From the IMG/VR virus record IMGVR_UViG_3300045988_174823: DNA of 64,000 nt; one strand, written 5' to 3'. The notes below the pieces were generated by a model. That model ran no database searches and had not been told where the DNA came from. It worked only from the letters and a program-made list of their open reading frames with translations. Origin of the DNA: a virus. The translations under genes and the position numbers were made by a program. This document shows, one piece after another, positions 42,438 through 51,315 of this stretch; the stretch's first letter is position 1; each line of letters starts with the position of its first letter.

Positions 42438-44224
42438 TACTCTTCGGTGTTACCGCCGTAAATCTCCAGGAACTTGTCAACGAATTCCTTGTTGGTGCGT
42501 TTCATTACCTCCAATTGCGCGTCAACCTTCTTGCGGTATTCTTCCGGGTCATACACCCCGCGAAGCGAATCGCGTGCAGCCTGACGCTCGTCAGCGATTT
42601 TCTTCAACTCGGGATGACTGAGGAGTTCTTGACCAACACCCTGATCACGCGACTGCGGATCGGTAAGCGAATTGAGACTCAAAGCAGCACGCTGGGCCTC
42701 CTTGTCGCCAGATGCGATCCTTGCCTTCAGAGCGCGGGCAATACCTTCAGGGTTCTTGGCGATCATCTTGGCGTACTCAGCCGGATCAGCTCCCCTGTCG
42801 GTTTTCTTGATGAATTTGTCCGCGGCAGCGTTGTCCTTCTCGGGCGAAGACTTTGCGGCTTTGTCGGTCTTGGCTTTTGCGCCCTTCTCGGCACTCTTCA
42901 CTTCAGCCTTCGCCTTCTCGCCTTGCTTAGTGGCGCTTTCCTCCTCGCCGCCAATCAGCGCGTCGAGTTCCTTCTGGCCGTCCTTCGATACCTTCACGCC
43001 AGCCATCTCGAACATATTGGCGATGGTGTCGGCAATTTCGTCGTCCGTAGCGTCGGACTGAGCGCCGCTGACATCAGCCGGGTTTGCTTTCATGGCTGCG
43101 GCCAGTTCCTTGATAGCTGCAGCGTCACCCTTCTGCTTTACGAAGGACTTGAAGCCTTTGGTGTCGAAGTCGGTATCGTTTTCGGCCATATCGTCGAAAC
43201 TCTGAACGAGGCTTTCAGCGCTGCTGACCTTACCATCGCCGTTGGAATCAGCACGCATCTTGTCGAGCGTGGCTTGGCCTTTCTTCGAAAGATCGATTCC
43301 GGCCTCTTCGAAGATATTGGCAATCTCGTCGGCGATTTCATCATCACCCAGATCACTCTGTCCAGCCTCACTGGGCGTCTTACGGATAGCGTCGGCCAGT
43401 TCCTTCACAGCCTTTCCACCCTTTTCCTTGACGAAAGATTTGAACGACTTGGCGTCAAAATCAGCGTTACCTTCAGCCATTTCGTTGAAACTGTCAATGA
43501 GCGATGCGGCATCAGCCTTTCCGCCCTTTGCTTTAGCGTCGGGGTCGCCGAATTTAGACGCAGCGCCCTCAACATCGCTGATTTCCTTCACCGTCGTAGA
43601 TTCAAAGTTGTCCACGTCGGCGTAAGGATATTTATCTACGCGGTAGCCGTCGCTGGTCTTGGTAACTACCAGATCGAAACCGTCTTCGTCGCCGCCTACT
43701 TGCTTGATAAAAGCATGAGAAGCGTCCTCTACCCCGGCGTATTGCTCCAGATCACGATCGTCCATTTGACGGAAGCCCATGCCCTCAAACGTCGAGGTAG
43801 ATTTGGCATCGCCGTCAGCCAGCCCATTGCGCAGCGACGTATCGCCTTTCTTATTCTTGGCGCGAACGTTTATGCCACGACGCTCCAACTCAGCCGTGGC
43901 TACCTTACGCATCTCAGCGTCGGCCGACGGGTCGTTGGCTACTTTCACGAGGGCCTCTTCTGAAGCCTGACGTGCATGGTTCTGGAGGCTGACGTTCCCC
44001 TCGGGTACACCCTCGCCGCCTTCTTGACCTGCCTCGGGCTTTTCCTGAGCGGCATGACCATATTCCTGTCCCACGCGCTGCAGACGACGGTTTTGAGCGT
44101 TATCAGCATAAACACCGTGACGCGCTTTTTCGATCGGCGTTTCCTCAACGCACTCTTCTATGTTGGTAAATCCTTTCAAAATCTGTTGACGACGCGCTTC
44201 GCCATAGTTGATAATTTCTTTCAT
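42437..44224 (-). CDS. acidic repeat-containing protein, putative virion internal/ejected protein
   Basis: 595 aa. It has an N-terminal 'IEKARHGVYADNAQNRRLQRVGQEYG' module and two tandem repeats of about 90 aa. The composition is Lys/Glu/Asp/Ala-rich. Confidence 0.5.
   Translation of the reverse strand: MKEIINYGEARRQQILKGFTNIEECVEETPIEKARHGVYADNAQNRRLQRVGQEYGHAAQEKPEAGQEGGEGVPEGNVSLQNHARQASEEALVKVANDPSADAEMRKVATAELERRGINVRAKNKKGDTSLRNGLADGDAKSTSTFEGMGFRQMDDRDLEQYAGVEDASHAFIKQVGGDEDGFDLVVTKTSDGYRVDKYPYADVDNFESTTVKEISDVEGAASKFGDPDAKAKGGKADAASLIDSFNEMAEGNADFDAKSFKSFVKEKGGKAVKELADAIRKTPSEAGQSDLGDDEIADEIANIFEEAGIDLSKKGQATLDKMRADSNGDGKVSSAESLVQSFDDMAENDTDFDTKGFKSFVKQKGDAAAIKELAAAMKANPADVSGAQSDATDDEIADTIANMFEMAGVKVSKDGQKELDALIGGEEESATKQGEKAKAEVKSAEKGAKAKTDKAAKSSPEKDNAAADKFIKKTDRGADPAEYAKMIAKNPEGIARALKARIASGDKEAQRAALSLNSLTDPQSRDQGVGQELLSHPELKKIADERQAARDSLRGVYDPEEYRKKVDAQLEVMKRTNKEFVDKFLEIYGGNTEE
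42956..43516 (-). repeat. diverged tandem duplication (2 x ~270-290 nt) inside the CDS
   Basis: aa 237-323 vs 334-423: 'SL[IV][DQ]SF[ND][ED]MAE...DFD.K.FKSFVK.KG...KELA.A......SD..DDEIAD.IAN.FE.AG...SK.GQ..LD'. Confidence 0.8.
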
Positions 44225-44257
44225 GACTTTATAGGTTCATAAGTTTCATTTCCAATA

Positions 44258-44265
44258 CAAAGGTA
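44258..44265 (-). promoter_or_regulatory. candidate Bacteroidota -7 promoter box
   Basis: Minus strand TACCTTTG matches TAnnTTTG, 34-41 nt upstream of the ATG at 44224 in a 72-nt intergenic gap. Confidence 0.3.
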
Positions 44266-44296
44266 GTTAAATTTCTCCAAACTGCCAAGAGCGTTG

Positions 44297-44854
44297 TTAA
44301 AATTTTATGCCAAAATCTAACGTGTAGCCCCATTGGTCATCAATTCTTATAGCTGACGCACCAACCAAAAACCGTTGGCGGAAGTCGGCCCCAGCGGAAA
44401 ACTTTTGCGTACCAAAATCCAAAGAAGTACCTATCTGGGCATAACCCTGTATGAAGGGGATCTGTTTATCAATAATCGTGCGTTCTACCTCATGAACGCG
44501 AATAAGCGGCTTGACGTGTGACACAACCTCTGTAATGGCGTTGCGCTGGACAGTGGCGTCAACGCGGAACTCGCCGATACTGTCGTTAGAAAAATCAAGG
44601 CGGTATTCCTTGCGTGCCAGATAGTCGGCCAGCAAAGCTGCGGTATCTATTTCGCCCGGTAAGTATATCGTAGTATCGCGGACGATGATCTGCGGAACAG
44701 GAATCTTAACCGTATCGCGATATTCGACCGTGTCATACTTTGTCAGCCACTTTTCAACGACTTTAGGGGGTTCAGGGGTATAACTACTCCGCCCCAGAAA
44801 GAACGCGAAAATTAAGGCCGCTACAACGATAATTATAGATGCCGCCGTCTTCAT
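44297..44854 (-). CDS. signal/anchor-bearing protein with OMP-type C-terminal beta-signal (Lom-like OMP or outer spanin analogue)
   Basis: The N-terminus 'MKTAASIIIVVAALIFAFFLG' is hydrophobic. The C-terminus 'YTLDFGIKF' has alternating hydrophobic residues ending in Phe. Confidence 0.4.
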   Translation of the reverse strand: MKTAASIIIVVAALIFAFFLGRSSYTPEPPKVVEKWLTKYDTVEYRDTVKIPVPQIIVRDTTIYLPGEIDTAALLADYLARKEYRLDFSNDSIGEFRVDATVQRNAITEVVSHVKPLIRVHEVERTIIDKQIPFIQGYAQIGTSLDFGTQKFSAGADFRQRFLVGASAIRIDDQWGYTLDFGIKF

Positions 44855-45351
44855 GACCTTTTGCCACTTTTAATCATTTCTTCATAAGCCATTATTGATG
44901 CCTCCAGTTCGTTGATTCGCTCTTTGTAAACCTCAGCTGCCTGGCTGGCTTCACGCTCCTGAGCGCGGAACTCTTCCATTAGGCGGTTATATTTATCGCG
45001 GTCTGCCTGGCGTTGCGCCTCGTATTCCTCGCGAATCTTGTTGAGCTCATTACGAAAGTTCGTCGTCATTTCGTTAGATAACTTACGTTCGTTTTGAACT
45101 TCCTGATACAGGTTATCATAGCGCTCCTTCCACCACGATTCTTTCTTATCAAGTTCCGCCATCAGGGTATCATAGCGCCCTTTCCAGAATTCCTCCCCTT
45201 TCAGGTCAGCGTCAGCCTGGCTATAACGTACCTCTTGAGCATATTTCTTACGATCCAACATACGCGCCACAATGGCGTAGCCAATACCGCCCGCCCCGAA
45301 TAGAAGCGAAATTACAGGGAAGATGGTGGTCATGAAATTTCCGTCAGCCAT
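44851..45351 (-). CDS. N-terminal TM + long coiled-coil protein (inner-spanin/holin-like)
   Basis: One TM helix 'TTIFPVISLLFGAGGIGYAIVA' is followed by about 120 aa of heptad-like Glu/Lys/Arg-rich sequence. It overlaps both neighbours by 4 and 8 nt. Confidence 0.45.
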   Translation of the reverse strand: MADGNFMTTIFPVISLLFGAGGIGYAIVARMLDRKKYAQEVRYSQADADLKGEEFWKGRYDTLMAELDKKESWWKERYDNLYQEVQNERKLSNEMTTNFRNELNKIREEYEAQRQADRDKYNRLMEEFRAQEREASQAAEVYKERINELEASIMAYEEMIKSGKRS

Positions 45352-45913
45352 TGCGTTTCATTCTTTCGTTAATACGTATGCGCGCGGCCTTGGCAGCCAA
45401 GGAATACGCATGGGAATCGTAATTAGAGCGAAGACACCTCAAGATTTCGTCGGCAAACACTTTTATAATATCCGGTTGAGCGCTTTTGTAAGCGTCCATG
45501 TCTCCTTCGTTTGTAAGTGTAGCGGGATAAATGATGAGTTTCACCTCAGCACTTACATGATTGAAGAAACGATACCATTGAGAGTCGTATGAATCAACAA
45601 ATGAGAACGACCGCCAACGTATTTGAGGTGTTAAAAGGTCATAGTGATTTGACAAGTTGTAGGCGAAGTCGCGTGTCAATATCGGACAAGCCCGGTTTAG
45701 TGTTAGACTGCAACCGTCCTTACGATCGGCGAAGAAGTCAATCGCCAAGGCTATGCCGTATGTGCGGTGCGGCCGAAAATAATTCCAAACATCATAAGCG
45801 TTACCAACGACAACTTCGATATGTCGCCGTCGCAGTTCCTCAGCCAGTGCCTGAACGAAACGGCGTGCTTCAGCGTTGAAACGCTTCGATGTTAAATAGA
45901 CCACCTTACGCAT
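45344..45913 (-). CDS. Amidase_3-like fold protein, catalytic residues not evident (possible endolysin or binding module)
   Basis: Start set at the ATG at 45913, 2 nt after the upstream TAA; the track extension to 46051 overlaps that gene. The layout '...ALAIDFFAD...KLIIYPATLTNEGDMDAYKS...IIKVFADEILRCL' recalls MurNAc-LAA, but 'GHGG' and 'SIHxN' are missing. Confidence 0.3.
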   Translation of the reverse strand: MRKVVYLTSKRFNAEARRFVQALAEELRRRHIEVVVGNAYDVWNYFRPHRTYGIALAIDFFADRKDGCSLTLNRACPILTRDFAYNLSNHYDLLTPQIRWRSFSFVDSYDSQWYRFFNHVSAEVKLIIYPATLTNEGDMDAYKSAQPDIIKVFADEILRCLRSNYDSHAYSLAAKAARIRINERMKRNG

Positions 45914-45914
45914 G

Positions 45915-47540
45915 TTATATGATGTATGTAACTTCAGAAATGAAGCATTCGAAGTTGAGCGTTTCTTCCGATACATATTCGCTTGCCCACGCCACAAGAT
46001 GGTAATACCCCTTAGACATCTGATAGTCCCTCGTTCCAGTACCATCAACAATCTTAAGATTTTGGGTAGTACTCGGATTGGAATGTATGATTACTTCAAT
46101 CGCTCCGCCAACGCTCTCACGCGTGTACATTTTCAAAGCCGAAGGGGAATTAAGCATACCAAGCCGCAAAGTCCAATTTTGCGAACCAACGGCCGCATCA
46201 ATATTGAAGAAATAGCGTCCCCCCAACTCCAGGTTGTAATTATTTCCACCAGCGAGAATCGTAAATCCTGTGGCGCCACCAACAATTCCATTAGCCAGAT
46301 GTCGTTTCAATATACTACGATCGTATATAGAATCCGTAGCGACTAATTGCCGCAACTTACTACCTTCGTCGTCACCTGTAAGGATATTGGTCAATACACT
46401 CCAAATTGTTTCCAGACCTGTATAAACGCTGCCTGCGGTGTTGAAAGCGGTATTGTAAGGAATTCGCGGAAAATCGGTTGACTTACCACCTACCTTGATA
46501 TTGTTAGAATCGCCGTATTCGGAAAAGTCTATGTCCAAAATAGCGCGGTGAAGTAACGCTATGGCCTGTTCAACAGGATCGCCTGCTGCAGGCATAGGAC
46601 TTTCAGCAGCGGCAGCGGCATATCCTGACGACAGGCTCATTCCAGTAGCCAGTTTCAAACGGTTATACCAACCCTGAATTTTATTCAGGGCTGCCATTAG
46701 GTCGTCTTCCGTGGTAAGATCTTGTGGATTGGCGATAGTGGCCGTAACGGGTGCGACATTGGTCAGCTTGGCCGAAAATATTATCGTTTGAGAACCATTC
46801 TGCCAATCGGTGACGATTTTCTCAACCTGTTCGAATATCTTATTCATCGCGGCGTAATCGACCACGTACTGCTTGTATCCGACCACTTGGGTATCGTTAG
46901 CTTGCTCAGAAACGATAACGCCGCTCATCGCCGCACTGAAGTCAAAGAACAGACCATTTACGAACCCTAACGAATTCTTGGATGACGTCGAGAGCAACGA
47001 CTTCACACTACGTTTAACCAGCATGGGGTTATCACTAACAACCCGCATGCCATACAACACGTCGGTCAACGCCGGGTTGTCTGTTAACTGCTGAAAATCG
47101 AAATTGAGCTGTGACGTCCTTTGGTCGAAAGTCGCCACAACGTTGTCGAAGAAATAGTTTGTCGAAGCAACGTATTGCGTGGTTGTGCCTTGGCCTGCAA
47201 GATCTTCGACGATGATGTTGTTCTGTTTATCAACGTATTGAATACGTGTTTGACCTACCACCCACACCATAGTATTCCATGACGGATCGGAATCGCGTTT
47301 CAAGACGTTGTAGAACGCCGCGATAGGTAAACCGCCGGGAAGATTAGCTTTGTTGATAAGGTCGTTAAAATCGTTTATCTGAGACACGATTGCCTGCGAC
47401 ATCGGAACCCACTGCCCGAGCGAGGCATCGTAACTTTTGTGGAGTTTGTCGGTAGTGTCGTACCAAATAATCGCCGAATTCGACGGCGGCGTCGTGCCAA
47501 TAGAAATACCTGATACAGTTCCGACGTCAATAGTTGCCAT
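45915..47540 (-). CDS. fibre-like virion surface protein
   Basis: 541 aa. The N-terminus 'GTTPPSNSAIIWYDTTDKLHKSYDASLGQWVPM' resembles fibre N-terminal motifs. Confidence 0.45.
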   Translation of the reverse strand: MATIDVGTVSGISIGTTPPSNSAIIWYDTTDKLHKSYDASLGQWVPMSQAIVSQINDFNDLINKANLPGGLPIAAFYNVLKRDSDPSWNTMVWVVGQTRIQYVDKQNNIIVEDLAGQGTTTQYVASTNYFFDNVVATFDQRTSQLNFDFQQLTDNPALTDVLYGMRVVSDNPMLVKRSVKSLLSTSSKNSLGFVNGLFFDFSAAMSGVIVSEQANDTQVVGYKQYVVDYAAMNKIFEQVEKIVTDWQNGSQTIIFSAKLTNVAPVTATIANPQDLTTEDDLMAALNKIQGWYNRLKLATGMSLSSGYAAAAAESPMPAAGDPVEQAIALLHRAILDIDFSEYGDSNNIKVGGKSTDFPRIPYNTAFNTAGSVYTGLETIWSVLTNILTGDDEGSKLRQLVATDSIYDRSILKRHLANGIVGGATGFTILAGGNNYNLELGGRYFFNIDAAVGSQNWTLRLGMLNSPSALKMYTRESVGGAIEVIIHSNPSTTQNLKIVDGTGTRDYQMSKGYYHLVAWASEYVSEETLNFECFISEVTYII

Positions 47541-47551
47541 TTTGAACTTTG

Positions 47552-47836
47552 TTAGCGTGAATATACGTAGGTCTTACGGTCAGCCCACACGAAATTATAA
47601 CTCATATCCCCCTGAGGATACTCGGTAATGGTAATACCATCAGCAGTGGTTTCCCGCTCGATGCGCCATCCTGCCTGCTGTTGACCTGTGCCAATAGGCG
47701 CATAACCGCGGTAGATAACGTCGCCCCCTGAGGCGTCAACAATCGGTTTCGGCATAGCATCGCTCAGCAATTGGACAATGGGCGCGGTGTTTTTCTCGTT
47801 ACTCGTCATGGTGTATTGCTTTTTGTAAGTATTCAT
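47552..47836 (-). CDS. hypothetical small virion-module protein
   Basis: 94-aa ORF overlapping the portal gene 3' end by 38 nt. Confidence 0.45.
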   Translation of the reverse strand: MNTYKKQYTMTSNEKNTAPIVQLLSDAMPKPIVDASGGDVIYRGYAPIGTGQQQAGWRIERETTADGITITEYPQGDMSYNFVWADRKTYVYSR

Positions 47837-49574
47837 CGAATGCAGCTACGAGAGGATTGGACTCGCGTGCCTTCATAGTTTCTTCTTGATCACCCTCAGC
47901 GTAAAGGTCAAACGGATTTCCTGGCTGAGCGGTATCGTCTTCTTCCTCTTCGTCGCCAGCCACGGGTTGATCAGCAGGGCCTCCAGCTTCCATCCCCATA
48001 CCAGCAGCCTCTTCAAACGGATTGCCTCCGCCCATACCGCCCATTGCGGCCTGTTGCTGTTGTTGCTGCTTGGCGCTGATGGCTTGCTGTATAACAGAGT
48101 TTTCGATAGTATCGCCACCCTTTTCTTCGCCGATAGCCGGGAGGTCCCACTTCTCGCGAATTTCGTCCACGGTCTGGAAAGCCTGGAGACGTTTGATGTC
48201 CATATCCAGTTCCTCAGAGATGGTCATTCCGTTGAGGCCCATGAATACGAACTCGAAGTCGGGGTTGATTTGCTCGACGATGAACTTGTTAACCTTACGT
48301 TGGATGAATTTCAGCATCGGGTAAAGACCCTTGTCCTTCGACTGCTCCATGCGCTGCTTTTGGCCGTCGCCGAACGTTAGGCCACTGCCATTGGAACGCG
48401 AAATATCCCAGCCAATTTCCGTAGGGTCAATGCAGAATACTGCACAGGCGATTTTGATCAGATATTCCATCCACGAGTTATACTCCATATCGCGGTTGTT
48501 CTTCTGAAGGTCAACCCAGTCGATATCTCCCTCAACGACAGGCGTCTTCCATGACTGCATAACACCCGATATCATGGCCTGCCATTGCTGCTTGAACTGC
48601 TGAAGCGAGGCTTCGTTCACGTTACCTTTGATACGCAGAAGACCTTTCGGAGCCGAACCCTGTGAGAAGAAGCGGCGGTTGTACTCGTCGCCCCAAAGCA
48701 TCGATGTCACAACGTTGATTAACTCTTCCAACTCAGAGTTTCCGTAACCGTTAGCGTAAATCGACGTGGTCGGATTGCGAATTCCAAAGCACAACTCCCA
48801 TGGGTAGAACTGCGCTACCTTGGCCGTCTGGTACACCTGGACGTAGGCCGGATAATAGCCATCAACCTTAGGTCCCCAGTTCTGGCGATCGTCCATCATC
48901 GCTCCTTCAAAGTAGGGGTTGTTGTACTCGCCATCGAAATACGATTCCGCCAGGCGGAATGTAGCGGCATCAACGGCCTGGAAGCGGACCAGTTTGCCGC
49001 GGCGGTTGCGAATGCACTCAAACGTCATCTGATCGAACGTTAGCGAGTCGTCCACAATCTTACGTATAAATTCGTCAAACTCGTCGCCGTCCCACATAGC
49101 GGTATCGCCACAGTTGAGGATGAAGTCGGTGATGGAAGACGCAATTTTGCGGTCCTGCGTGTCCATCTTCTGCTCTTGGCCGAACTTAGGCTTGCGTCGA
49201 ATAACAAATCCCGTTGAATAGCGGTCGGCCTGCGGTTCGGCGAAGTCAGCTATCTGGTTTTTACGGGTCTTGATAATCGAATTAATAATGGGGGTGCGAC
49301 TCATCCGGCGTAACGTTTCGTACGAAAGCGAAAACGGCTTATCCTTATATCCTAAAAACGAGTTGAACTCCAAAGGATCGATCAGATATGCCTTCGGGGC
49401 AACGTTAGCAGGCTTGTGTTGCTGGTTTAATATTTCAGCAGCTTTGAGTATATCAGACGGGCTCTCGCTGCGCATCGCACGCTCTAACAACAGCGATTTG
49501 CGTATCGTCAAAGCCTGCATGGCGCGTTCCACCGATTCCAATCTTTCTTTCACACCGGACATAATTGTTTTCAC
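47799..49574 (-). CDS. portal protein
   Basis: 591 aa. It carries the segment 'TLRRMSRTPIINSIIKTRKNQIADF...', an acidic Gln/Glu-rich C-terminus, and lies in the head module. Confidence 0.65.
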   Translation of the reverse strand: MKTIMSGVKERLESVERAMQALTIRKSLLLERAMRSESPSDILKAAEILNQQHKPANVAPKAYLIDPLEFNSFLGYKDKPFSLSYETLRRMSRTPIINSIIKTRKNQIADFAEPQADRYSTGFVIRRKPKFGQEQKMDTQDRKIASSITDFILNCGDTAMWDGDEFDEFIRKIVDDSLTFDQMTFECIRNRRGKLVRFQAVDAATFRLAESYFDGEYNNPYFEGAMMDDRQNWGPKVDGYYPAYVQVYQTAKVAQFYPWELCFGIRNPTTSIYANGYGNSELEELINVVTSMLWGDEYNRRFFSQGSAPKGLLRIKGNVNEASLQQFKQQWQAMISGVMQSWKTPVVEGDIDWVDLQKNNRDMEYNSWMEYLIKIACAVFCIDPTEIGWDISRSNGSGLTFGDGQKQRMEQSKDKGLYPMLKFIQRKVNKFIVEQINPDFEFVFMGLNGMTISEELDMDIKRLQAFQTVDEIREKWDLPAIGEEKGGDTIENSVIQQAISAKQQQQQQAAMGGMGGGNPFEEAAGMGMEAGGPADQPVAGDEEEEDDTAQPGNPFDLYAEGDQEETMKARESNPLVAAFDEYLQKAIHHDE

Positions 49575-49599
49575 GAGATTTGTTTACCTATAATTGGTA

Positions 49600-49923
49600 T
49601 CAACACAACAGTTTCAAAATGTCGTTCCGCGCTGTTTTACGAATTATCAATGCCTGATGAAGAAGGTCGCCCCATACCGCTATCTGGTAACCATTCCACG
49701 TGTAATAATCCGTTTGATCGTCGTACGAGCCATTCCATTCACCGTCGTGGCGTATGTCAGCGACGAGGCGTTTAAAACGCGCTGTTTCTTCGGTGGTAAG
49801 GGGTGATATGAAAGTGCCGACGACTACTAATCGTGCGGCACTTGTGGAAAGATCATCGGCCAAAATCTGAAAGTCGATGCCCATAAAATCGCCCGTTTCC
49901 AACGGCGTGTGAAAGGTTATCAT
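49600..49923 (-). CDS. hypothetical protein
   Basis: 107-aa ORF with a 4-nt overlap upstream. Confidence 0.45.
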   Translation of the reverse strand: MITFHTPLETGDFMGIDFQILADDLSTSAARLVVVGTFISPLTTEETARFKRLVADIRHDGEWNGSYDDQTDYYTWNGYQIAVWGDLLHQALIIRKTARNDILKLLC

Positions 49924-50930
49924 TTGCCTATCAATTTACAAGCTCTTGGTTCAAATGTAGAGCGTTGTTTACCTTCACCAATCTTCATTTTCCAGTACTT
50001 TTGATACTCACACAGCCACATTTCCACCTGGTGAAGTGATATCTCGCCCGACGGCGTGACGTAATACCCCGATTCAAGTTTGTGCCAGTGTAGGTACGGA
50101 AAATCGCCAAACGAAGATAACGCTGCCTGTGCCTCATCACGCAGGCGATATATACCGTCAATTTGACGCTTCAACGATGGGAACACCAACCGCAGCCCTA
50201 TGGACGCACCAGGCCCCACATTGGTATAGTCATCCTGGGTAAAGTGCATGAAACGGCGATAGGTATAGCGCGGTATGTAGGTGAAGTCTTGGTAGAATTC
50301 GTGAGCGATAAATGTCGCCGACGAAGGTAACTCCTGAAGGAACTTGATAATCTGCCCAGGATCGGTAGCCGTCAACACCGTCCGCATCAGTTTACCTAAC
50401 TTACGATGAAGCGTAGGCACAACCAAATGCGTGTAGCAGTAGTCGCGCGGTTTTCCAGGTGTGGCCATCGAATTGATGAGGTAGGCCGTGGTGTAGGGGT
50501 TGTTGCCTGTGGCACGGTACGACGTTATCATTTCCGCAAAGCGGTCCTCGTCGTATTGGTTATAATCCGGAATGCCCGCTCCCCAACCGTACTTTTCACG
50601 AGCATATTCAAACGTTTCAGGGTTGTTAAAATACCGGAACACCATCATCTTCCAAACCAGATTCGTCAGCGTTAATTCGTCATCCAGCAAGATATTACGT
50701 ATCTGCCACTGCGAATTACGATCCAGTTCACGATACACATTGGTGAATTTGTAATCGCGTAATATAGGATCATCAGTCCACGGACGCGGTTTCTGATCCA
50801 GGAACCGTCGCTTCCATATCATTTGGCGCTCAAACATCGTGCGGAAGAACTCGTGATAGTGTTCCTCGCTGACGTCAAGTGCGGCGTCAGGTAATTTATC
50901 AGCCCAAGGGTAATGATCAAATTTCGCCAT
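49920..50930 (-). CDS. putative DNA base (thymidine) hypermodification protein, aGPT-Pplase / 5-hmdU-DNA-kinase helical-domain family
   Basis: 'ERQMIWKRRFLDQKPRPWTDDPILRDYKFTNVYRELDRNSQW' matches my memory of the family's signature. That signature was recalled, not searched. No P-loop is present. Confidence 0.45.
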   Translation of the reverse strand: MAKFDHYPWADKLPDAALDVSEEHYHEFFRTMFERQMIWKRRFLDQKPRPWTDDPILRDYKFTNVYRELDRNSQWQIRNILLDDELTLTNLVWKMMVFRYFNNPETFEYAREKYGWGAGIPDYNQYDEDRFAEMITSYRATGNNPYTTAYLINSMATPGKPRDYCYTHLVVPTLHRKLGKLMRTVLTATDPGQIIKFLQELPSSATFIAHEFYQDFTYIPRYTYRRFMHFTQDDYTNVGPGASIGLRLVFPSLKRQIDGIYRLRDEAQAALSSFGDFPYLHWHKLESGYYVTPSGEISLHQVEMWLCEYQKYWKMKIGEGKQRSTFEPRACKLIGK

Positions 50931-51282
50931 TTTGTTTACGATAAGTTCTAATCAACAATTCACGCCGTGCCTCCGTGCTTTTTCCTACCAAATGCCGCAA
51001 CGCGGCGTCCGTAATCTTCATCAACGGACGCTTAGGGGCATTTACAAGTCGCGTTTCAGGCACGCCGAGGTTTACTCTTATGCGTTTACCTCGAATCGGT
51101 TTAAGGGACTCTGCAGCGATTAATGGACAGTAGTCGTTACCGTGAAACGAACGTATCACAAAAGTCGTCCGACCCCATACCTCGGGGTCTGCTACGATAT
51201 CGCCTATTTTGAAATATCTCCATGCGTTCATACAGTTAAAAACTTTGGCCCCGAAACGCTTACGAATCGGAGCCGTTGTCAT
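50917..51282 (-). CDS. hypothetical protein
   Basis: 121-aa ORF. Confidence 0.45.
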   Translation of the reverse strand: MTTAPIRKRFGAKVFNCMNAWRYFKIGDIVADPEVWGRTTFVIRSFHGNDYCPLIAAESLKPIRGKRIRVNLGVPETRLVNAPKRPLMKITDAALRHLVGKSTEARRELLIRTYRKQNGEI

Positions 51283-51315
51283 AACTACCTACAAAATAGA
51301 AACAGAAAAAAGAAA

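Noticed and set aside
42395-43963. 522-aa plus-strand ORF
   Set aside because: It is antisense to the acidic repeat protein at 42437-44224. The repetitive GAA/GCC-rich sense strand suppresses stops on the antisense strand, and the product looks like junk.
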